In this document: piece by piece, positions 57,141 to 64,000 of the stretch
How the letters are laid out: each line of letters opens with the position of its first letter
Numbering within the stretch: position 1 is the stretch's first letter
Assembly: GCA_003208875.1 (NCBI GenBank)
Contig: QCUR01000001.1
Coordinates: 288,001 to 352,000 of the forward strand
DNA from: Prochlorococcus sp. AG-679-M23
GTDB taxonomy: Bacteria; Cyanobacteriota; Cyanobacteriia; PCC-6307; Cyanobiaceae
DNA length: 64,000 nucleotides
Direction: 5' to 3'
Translations under genes and position numbers: made by a program
The notes under the pieces: model-generated
Database searches by the model: none
What the model was told of the DNA's origin: nothing
The model's input: only the letters and a program-made list of their open reading frames with translations

Positions 57141-57580
57141 CTATGAAATTTATTTTAATTATAAAAAAATAAACTTTAATTAGTTACCAAATAAAAAATT
57201 TATTCTTTTTGGAATATTTTTAAAAACTCTTTACTTTCCATACCTAAAAAACTTTTTTCCTTTATAGATTCAATTACTTTTGTATAGTATCTATATTTAA
57301 TTTGATACTCACTCATTAAAAGAATTATACGTCAATTTTTTATATAAATTCTCCTAACTATCTCTTCATATTTTTTTTGTCGGTTTTTTCTAGTTCCTCT
57401 TTATTAATTAAATATTTTTTTCGATCCACTCAAAAACATCTTTAGCTTCCCGTTTATTTTGCCGTTAGTTATCCATCTTTTTATATAAATTTCATCTCCA
57501 TCTTCTAATTCAAAACATTTTTCAGGTGTAGGCAGCGTGTAATTATTAAATTTATCAGTATAGTCTTCGATTAGTTTCAT

Positions 57581-57940
57581 TCAATTAATCTTTATTTTTA
57601 AGTTCGAGTTCTCGCATAAACATAAATGCACCAAATGAAAAAGCAAGTGAGATTAAAAAAGTTAGAGGAAAATAAATGCCCCATAATTTTAATTTTAATC
57701 TTTTCCCCTCTGCAAAATAAAATATAAATATTGATATGAGATGAACTCCTGTATCAGCTGATATAAATCCATAAGTAGGAGTTATCCATGCGTCATCAAA
57801 AAATGTGGTTCCTATATCTATTACAGAACCTTGAATATTCCCATTCCTTACTTAGTTAATAAATTGAATAATAAAATGGTCAAATTAATCCTGCTAGTGA
57901 AGTCACTCCATAAATAGTAAGTCTAATTTTTGACCATATA
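57581..57940 (-). pseudogene. DUF2834-like membrane protein pseudogene
   Basis: RLTIYGVTSLAGLI*PFYY, then a frameshift and another stop, then ...FFDDAWITPTYGFISAD...AEGKRLKLKLW...AFSFGAFMFMRE. Confidence 0.6.
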
Positions 57941-58161
57941 GCTTTACCTTTTTAGTATATTTATAGCTAATATTGAAGAATAATTGATGTATAAATTCAT
58001 TCTAATAATAAGTCTTTTTTAATAATAAATATTCAAAATATACATAATAATGTTCCTATTCTTTTTTTTATTTGTTTTAAATTTTCTATATTTGGGTCGA
58101 ATTACTCACATCTTAAATTATGCTTATCAGCTATAAATAGGTTATAAACAAAAAATAATTT

Positions 58162-58425
58162 ATGACCCAGATTTTTTTTATTGATATCACGCTTGCTGGT
58201 TTTGGGGTATTTATTTATTTCTTTGGTCTTAAAAAATTATTATTTAATCACCCAAGAACTTCTCAAGACTAATAATAAATGATAAAAATTAGTAAGGGAA
58301 TGCCAATTGAAATAGGGATTAAACATCTTTCTTTATTAAAAGAAAAAGGATTAATAACAGAAGAAATATTTTCTGATGCTGAAGAACTACTGATTAAGAG
58401 TGAAATAGATATTCCTTCTAAATAA
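58162..58425 (+). pseudogene. Possible split TM + SHOCT-like gene (two in-frame small ORFs)
   Basis: 58162..58272 (TM) and 58279..58425 (LSLLKEKGLITEEIF) share a frame, joined by TAA TAA TAA ATG. Confidence 0.4.
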
Positions 58426-58525
58426 TTAAATTTATACAAAATTCTTATTAATTGAAATTCTAATTTACTTTTTAGATAAATAAAATCTTATCTGACTAAA
58501 CTTAAAATAAAAATTAAAAAAAATA

Positions 58526-59149
58526 ATGTTAATCACAAAAAAATTATGGGAAAATAACTCCGATCTAGCTTCGCTTAGCTTGAAAACTAAATTTGTTCAA
58601 GGGATCAGAAATGGAAACTTACCTAGAAATATTTTTAAAGAGTATCTAGCTCAAGATTATTTTTTTTTAGAGAGCTTTGCTAAGGCTTATGGCTTAGCTG
58701 TTTCTAAATCAAAAGATAAAAGTGAAATTAAGTCTTTAAGCCAACTCTTAGTAGGCGTGTCTGATGAATTAATTCTTCATGAGACTTATGCAAAAGAATG
58801 GGAAATTGATTTGTCTACTAACTATATAAAACCTGCTACAAAGAACTACACTGATTTCCTTTATGATGTTTCCTTAAAACTAAGTTCAGTTGAAATAATG
58901 TTTGCAATGACTCCTTGCATGCGTTTATATTCTTGGATAGGAAAAAGCTTATTGGATATGATTTCAAATAATCCTTATAAAGAATGGATACTTACTTACT
59001 CTAATGAAAGTTTTGATAGTTTAGCAAAATCACTTGAAAAAATAATTGATAATTACCAAGAACCATATGACATTAATCAGGCAAATAATTTATATAAAAA
59101 AGCCATGGAACTGGAATTAGATTTTTTTAATGCCTATTCAAATTTTTAA
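58526..59149 (+). CDS. tenA: TenA-family aminopyrimidine aminohydrolase
   Basis: YLAQDYFFL, PCMRLY, PYKEWI..Y, E..FF. Confidence 0.9.
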   Translation: MLITKKLWENNSDLASLSLKTKFVQGIRNGNLPRNIFKEYLAQDYFFLESFAKAYGLAVSKSKDKSEIKSLSQLLVGVSDELILHETYAKEWEIDLSTNYIKPATKNYTDFLYDVSLKLSSVEIMFAMTPCMRLYSWIGKSLLDMISNNPYKEWILTYSNESFDSLAKSLEKIIDNYQEPYDINQANNLYKKAMELELDFFNAYSNF

Positions 59150-59185
59150 TAAATTTAAGGAAGTTTTTTCATTTAAAAAATTATT

Positions 59186-59968
59186 ATGTATTCTAATATT
59201 GCTCTTTCTATAGGCGGTAGTGACTCAGGCGGAGGTGCAGGGATTCAAGCAGATTTAAGAACTTTTATGGCGCTTAAAGTCCATGGATGTTCTGTGATTA
59301 CATGTATTACTGCTCAAAATAGTGTAGAAGTGAAATGTGTAGAAGCTGTAAACAATGATACTTTAACAAGCCAGATTGATACCTTATTTTCAGATTTTGA
59401 TATCAAATCTTTAAAAACTGGAATGTTGCTAAACGATAGTATTATTAATGCAACTGCCTTAAAACTGAAATCTTTTTCTATTCCAAAGATTATTGACCCA
59501 GTAATGGTAAGTAGAACTGGTTCTAAATTACTTGAGGATTCTGCAATTAATGCTTATAAAAAGTTACTTTTACCAATTGCTGATTTAGTAACTCCAAATA
59601 TTTTTGAAGCAAATCTTTTGTCAAATTTGGACATTAAAAATGAGGCAGATATAGAGCAATCTGCAAAAAGTATTATTAAACTCGGTGCTAAAGCAGTTTT
59701 AATCAAAGGTGGTGGATTGAAGGATATGAAAGGTAGGGACTTTTATCTTGATGTCAATGGAGGGAAAAAGTGGTTCATAAATAAATTTATTAATACTCAA
59801 AATACGCATGGTAGTGGATGTACTTTAAGTGCTGCAATATGTGGTTATCAAGCATTAGGATTTGAACTTATAGATTCAATTCAAAAATCAAAATTATTTA
59901 TTGAAAGATCCTTGAAGAACTCTTATCAAATCGGATCAGGACCAGGCCCACTTGGACATTACCAATAA
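59186..59968 (+). CDS. thiD: HMP/HMP-P kinase
   Basis: GSDSGGGAGIQADL, TAQN, KTGML, DPVM, TPN..EA, THGSGCT. Confidence 0.95.
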   Translation: MYSNIALSIGGSDSGGGAGIQADLRTFMALKVHGCSVITCITAQNSVEVKCVEAVNNDTLTSQIDTLFSDFDIKSLKTGMLLNDSIINATALKLKSFSIPKIIDPVMVSRTGSKLLEDSAINAYKKLLLPIADLVTPNIFEANLLSNLDIKNEADIEQSAKSIIKLGAKAVLIKGGGLKDMKGRDFYLDVNGGKKWFINKFINTQNTHGSGCTLSAAICGYQALGFELIDSIQKSKLFIERSLKNSYQIGSGPGPLGHYQ

Positions 59969-60043
59969 CTCTGAAAGAATTGACTAAATAAAAAATAAAA
60001 ATTAAAAAATAAATTATTAAAATCTTTTATTTTAAAAATCTTA

Positions 60044-60229
60044 TTAAAACCACCATTTTTTATTTTTATTTTTTAAAAATAAAATTTCTTCTGTTTCCCA
60101 CCCACCTTCTAACCACTCAAGATGTTCCAGCAATAAAGATTCGCTTTCTCCCTTTGTTAAATGGCCTAGTCTATTTGCAATTCCATCAAATCTTACTTTC
60201 ATTAACTCTTCGATTTTGATGTTATTCAC
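60044..60229 (-). CDS. Hypothetical protein
   Basis: 61-aa ORF. Confidence 0.55.
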   Translation of the reverse strand: MNNIKIEELMKVRFDGIANRLGHLTKGESESLLLEHLEWLEGGWETEEILFLKNKNKKWWF

Positions 60230-60416
60230 AATTAAAACAGATAATTTTTATCTAAATAAACTTGATTGATTGTTAATGTCAATGAAATTATTCTTTTTTT
60301 ATATTTTTAAATATGAAATTTGTATTAAATACAACTATTTTGTAGTGATAGTAATTAAGACTTATTCTCATAGATTGTATTTCTAGGTACTTTAAAAAAT
60401 AAATCAGAAATTTTTT

Positions 60417-60560
60417 ATGAAAAACCAAGAAAAAACAACCTCAAAAACAGTTGTTAATGTCGGTTATTGTGAGAGCACTTCTGAGTGGCTTAGTAGGATA
60501 ATGACTGAACTCGCAGATGAAAGTAAGAATTTTGTGGATCTATCAGTTTTGTGCGCATAA
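60417..60560 (+). CDS. 47-aa hypothetical protein (not in track)
   Basis: MKNQEKTTSKTVVNVGYCESTSEWLSRIMTELADESKNFVDLSVLCA; GC higher than flanks. Confidence 0.55.
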   Translation: MKNQEKTTSKTVVNVGYCESTSEWLSRIMTELADESKNFVDLSVLCA

Positions 60561-60782
60561 ATTCAATTATTTAAAGTCAATCGCGTAAGGCCTATTTAAG
60601 TCTTTTTTGTATTAGATAAACTTATATAAGTTATTTGAAAGGCATATGGTTATGACTTTTTATCGGTATATCTGGTGACAATAAATATATTTCAAAATAA
60701 TTTATTTTATTAGAAAATCATTTCTTCTAATGCGGCCTATCTCAAAGAAACTTTATAAGAAATTAGTTAAAGCTTCCAAAAA

Positions 60783-60887
60783 ATGAATAAATTACTTCTT
60801 TACTTTTCAGCTCTATATTTTGGAGCAAATATCGGAAAATCTTTTGCTAGTGACAGCTTTACATACTACTTAATGATTTCTAATTAA
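60783..60887 (+). CDS. 34-aa signal-peptide-like ORF
   Basis: MNKLLLYFSALYFGANIGKSFASDSFTYYLMISN. Confidence 0.3.
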   Translation: MNKLLLYFSALYFGANIGKSFASDSFTYYLMISN

Positions 60888-60923
60888 TCTATCTTTTCTT
60901 GGGCATTTTTTAAGCTTTAGTTT

Positions 60924-61430
60924 TTGACTCTAAAATATAAAAGTAATCTTAAAAAAAAACTCAAAGTGTATTTAAATAAAAGTAGTTCTGAAATTATAAA
61001 TGAATTTAAATTATCTCCTCACCCTGAAGGCGGATGGTTTAGAGAAATCATACGAAGTGAAAATCATGTAACTAGAAATGATGGTCAAAAAAGAAGTAAT
61101 ATAACTAGCATTTATTATCTACTTTGTAAAAGTGAGAGAAGTAAATGGCATCGAGTAAATTCTTCCGATGAGATATGGATTTATCTTCAAGGGGCACCAC
61201 TTAATTTATATTTTCTTGATGATAATAAAGAATTAAGAAATATTAGATTAGATTTAAATAATCCTATTGAAATGATCCCCTCTGGATATTGGCAGGCTGC
61301 TAGCAGTAGCGGAGAATTTACACTCACAAGTTGTTGTGTTGGCCCCGGGTTTGATTTTAATGATTTTCAAATGCTAAGAAATATAGATCCTTCTCTAAGA
61401 CCAGCCAAGGCTATTGAAGAACTAATTTAA
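60924..61430 (+). CDS. Cupin (DUF985-like)
   Basis: L.PHPEGGWFRE, TSIYYLL, WHRV..DEIW, WQAA, CVGPGFDF.DF. Confidence 0.88.
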   Translation: MTLKYKSNLKKKLKVYLNKSSSEIINEFKLSPHPEGGWFREIIRSENHVTRNDGQKRSNITSIYYLLCKSERSKWHRVNSSDEIWIYLQGAPLNLYFLDDNKELRNIRLDLNNPIEMIPSGYWQAASSSGEFTLTSCCVGPGFDFNDFQMLRNIDPSLRPAKAIEELI

Positions 61431-61451
61431 TTTTTAAATTTTTTTTATAAT

Positions 61452-61838
61452 ATGATTGAAATGAATCATGATCTTATTAATACAATCGGCATAAAGCAGA
61501 TAGCAAGAGAAGAAGCCCATCTTTACCAGGTGAGTGATGTTCAAGGATTAATTGATACTCTTGATAAGGATATTCCTGAATGGTCTGATTTTGATTGTTG
61601 GGAAAATATACGAGTTCAGCAATGGATTTTTGAGAGAGCTATGGATATTTATAAAGGTAAGAAAATTGATATTAAATGTAGTTGTTGTGAATACAATTAC
61701 ATAAGTCAAAGAGACTTAGTAAAAAGTTCAAATAAAAAATGTTACGGGATAAAAAGTGCTTATATGATCGAAAAGGTTTTCTATGAAATTACATTAGCTG
61801 AAGCTAGAAGAGAAAGTGATGGTACATATTCAGCATAG
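61452..61838 (+). CDS. Conserved hypothetical protein
   Basis: 128-aa ORF with CSCC. Confidence 0.7.
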   Translation: MIEMNHDLINTIGIKQIAREEAHLYQVSDVQGLIDTLDKDIPEWSDFDCWENIRVQQWIFERAMDIYKGKKIDIKCSCCEYNYISQRDLVKSSNKKCYGIKSAYMIEKVFYEITLAEARRESDGTYSA

Positions 61839-61911
61839 AGTTGTTAAAAATTAACCTTTCTAAGATGAATAAGTGAAACTAAGCTATTAGTTCATAGACT
61901 TTATGAAGATT

Positions 61912-62176
61912 ATGGATAATTTTGATGATGATCTTTCTTCAAAACAAAAAGAATTTGTAGAGCCTACAGAGAAAACTACAAATAAAGATTTATTTGAAAA
62001 AAGATGAATTTAAAGAGGTAACTCCAAAAATTGTTCATCTTAATTCACTTATTACAAAAAATATTTATCTTTTTACAAAAGATCCAAACTATAAATTGTT
62101 TGCCTTGCTAATGGCTAATGGTTCAGCTATTTATATTTTCATTATTTGTTTTGGTGGCGACATTAATGAAAAATAA
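61912..62176 (+). pseudogene. Frameshifted hypothetical membrane protein
   Basis: MDNFDDDL...LFEK stops at TGA 62005; removing one A from the A6 run (61997-62002) joins it to KDEFKEVTP... Confidence 0.5.
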
Positions 62177-62357
62177 TCTTGCCCCCTATATTAATTCTCT
62201 TTAAAGATTTAGACTTAGTTATATTTCTTATTTTTTTATTCATTAATTATTATTTTGAATTGGTGATATAATTAAATCATTCCACTTATGGATCTATAAT
62301 TACATGTAGTCACTTTTGATATTATAATTGAAGAATATATATAGGTATGAAAAAGAT

Positions 62358-62759
62358 ATGACCCAAGCAAAATTGGAGGGTTTATTAAAGATAGATAACG
62401 AATCATATAACCTTTTACGAGTCCTCACAATGTTCATGAAGTTAGATAATTCTCAGGACGTTCCTCTTCAGGCAATGGCAGTATTTTGGTACGTAGCAAC
62501 CTATCAAAATTGTACTAAGAAGGATATTGAAAAATACTTCGATATGAGTAAAGCTAGTGCTTCAAGGATGACGGACTATATAAGTCGATATCATAGGCTA
62601 GGTAAGGCAGGCTTAGGTCTAGTTTCTAAAGAACAAGATCCAAAAGATAAAAGAAGAACACTTTTGAAACTTACAAGGAAAGGTAAAGATCTAATTGAAA
62701 AGTCTTTTAATACTCTCTATGAGGATATGAAAAGTTTTGAAGCTGAATTTGAAGAATGA
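62358..62759 (+). CDS. MarR-family winged-helix protein, cyanopodovirus-like
   Basis: SKASASRMTDYIS..HRLGKAGLGLV.KE.DPKDKRR..L.LTRKG. Confidence 0.82.
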   Translation: MTQAKLEGLLKIDNESYNLLRVLTMFMKLDNSQDVPLQAMAVFWYVATYQNCTKKDIEKYFDMSKASASRMTDYISRYHRLGKAGLGLVSKEQDPKDKRRTLLKLTRKGKDLIEKSFNTLYEDMKSFEAEFEE

Positions 62760-62947
62760 ATACTTGCAACTCTTTTGATTCCTTAGCTATTGGAAACTTT
62801 TAAAAAACATTTAAACTGGCTCTGAAACACAAATAGCAGGTTATCCGTTTCTTAATAGAAAATAACAACTTATTAGTTACTCCATAGACTTTCTAAGAAG
62901 TTAGAATTTAATAATTCATTAATTCATTATCACCAGCAAAAACAGCA

Positions 62948-63202
62948 ATGGAGGAATATAGAGAAAAGTTAGAGAAGATTTACCAACAATTAAATGAAGA
63001 AGAAGATCCCCTTTTAAAAAAATGGTATCAATCACTTATTCCTAAGGCGATATTATTATTTCCTGTAGTTGCTTTTAGTTTTACATTTTTAAAAGTAAAT
63101 ACTGATAAATCAATATTAGATTTACTCTCTTTTGCTGCAGTTGGTAGTTTATTAGTTTTTGGAGGTATTTTTTTGAATTATTTCTTATCTAAACGAAGAT
63201 AA
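62948..63202 (+). CDS. Hypothetical membrane protein
   Basis: Two TM helices. Confidence 0.65.
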   Translation: MEEYREKLEKIYQQLNEEEDPLLKKWYQSLIPKAILLFPVVAFSFTFLKVNTDKSILDLLSFAAVGSLLVFGGIFLNYFLSKRR

Positions 63203-63235
63203 TGGAAGCATTTAGTCAAATAAAAATCTTAAATA

Positions 63236-63364
63236 TTAAAAAATTGATTTAGCTCTATTAGCTCTGCGGATTGTTTTTTTTAAAATATGATTTTTTATGG
63301 AAAGGTCAGAAATCGCATAGAGAGTTAAAAAGAAAACTGCTTTTGCAAAAATTGATATTTGCAT
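63236..63364 (-). CDS. Small hypothetical protein
   Basis: MQISIFAKAVFFLTLYAISDL...; probable start inside the track ORF. Confidence 0.4.
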   Translation of the reverse strand: MQISIFAKAVFFLTLYAISDLSIKNHILKKTIRRANRAKSIF

Positions 63365-63594
63365 AATAAAAATAAACCTATTTACATAGAACCAAATCGC
63401 TAAATATAAGCAAGTCCTTAAAGACCTCAAAATCGTGAAGGAATAATTAATTAACAGTCCAATAAGAAAAAGAGGTTATTTACTTTTCTCCGATAATCTT
63501 TTTATTTGTAGAATATCTTTATTAGAAATTATTAACAAAATTATTTTTAGTAATTAATACTCTAGATATTTGAGGCCTTTCCCCAGTAATGTAA

Positions 63595-63666
63595 TAATAT
63601 CAGAAACTCCTCACACACTAATTTCTGATAATCAAGCACCCTTATCTCTAAATTAGGGTGTTTTTT
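63595..63666 (+). ncRNA. Yfr1-family sRNA (Yfr10-like)
   Basis: Yfr1 signature ACTCCTCACAC (63606-63616) in the loop of stem TATCAGAAA/TTTCTGATA, then terminator CACCCT...AGGGTG-T6. Confidence 0.8.
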
Positions 63667-63765
63667 ATTGACAGAAAAACAGAAAGTCATAACTGGCACA
63701 TGTGACAATTAGATTGCTTTTCTCATCCCCTTCCAGTTTAGGAGAGTGTATGGCATATTAAAAAG

Positions 63766-63857
63766 GTGTGTAGGAGTGGTTTTACTAAAAAAGTGGAAAC
63801 AAGGAAACACTTAATTTAGTTAAACCAAGAAAAGACCTCTATTAGGGGTCTTTTTTT
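63766..63857 (+). ncRNA. yfr2: Yfr2-family sRNA
   Basis: 5' GTGTGTAGGAG, long hairpin with loop GGAAACAAGGAAACA (63795-63809), terminator AAAAGACCTC...GGGGTCTTTTTTT. Confidence 0.9.
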
Positions 63858-64000
63858 ATGCTTCAAAATAGATTGAATATTAAATTATTTTATTTGTGAA
63901 AATTATTAGAGGAGCCAATGGTTAAATTCTGAGTTGAAATCTTATAGAACTTCTCATGTACTGAATCACTAAATTCATTTTCATTTGAATAATTCATTAG

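Larger units (their letters stand above)
35900..64000. other. Variable genomic-island-like region
   Basis: Shift to short hypothetical ORFs, long AT-rich spacers, pseudogenes, stress genes and a phage-like gene; boundaries approximate. Confidence 0.7.

Noticed and set aside
57200..57580. Two further short minus-strand ORFs (starts 57316 and 57580)
   Set aside because: No recognisable motifs; they look like decayed fragments and cannot be supported
35900..64000. CRISPR array, IS element, integrase or att/tRNA fragments
   Set aside because: No regularly spaced repeats, transposase or recombinase motifs, or duplicated tRNA ends seen by eye

Overview
AT-rich picocyanobacterial chromosome segment, most consistent with a high-light-adapted Prochlorococcus. 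This rests on a lone degenerate cpeB next to cpeS, PTOX, an rRNA operon with a ~550-nt ITS carrying tRNA-Ile and tRNA-Ala, and a Yfr2 sRNA. Positions 1-~35,900 are core genome: psbEFLJ, mtnP, an oxidoreductase-SelD fusion, tRNA nucleotidyltransferase, pcrA/uvrD, cpeB/cpeS, tRNA-Phe, metK, rps1, nrdR, psbT/psbB, psbM, prmC, tsaC, tRNA-Thr, minCDE, ctpA, petBD, neutral invertase, rrn operon, mutM and psaE. From ~35,900 to the end the window looks like a variable genomic island. It holds stress genes (PTOX, BCP peroxiredoxin, photolyase/cryptochrome, arfB, tatA, tenA/thiD), many sub-60-aa ORFs missed by the ORF track, and several decaying genes. It also has two LexA-box-like sites, a K-box-like promoter, an orphan Nif11-like peptide, a cyanopodovirus-like MarR gene, and a tandem Yfr1-family/Yfr2 sRNA pair with mutually complementary seeds. 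I saw no CRISPR array, IS or integrase. All family assignments come from motif recognition; no searches were run.
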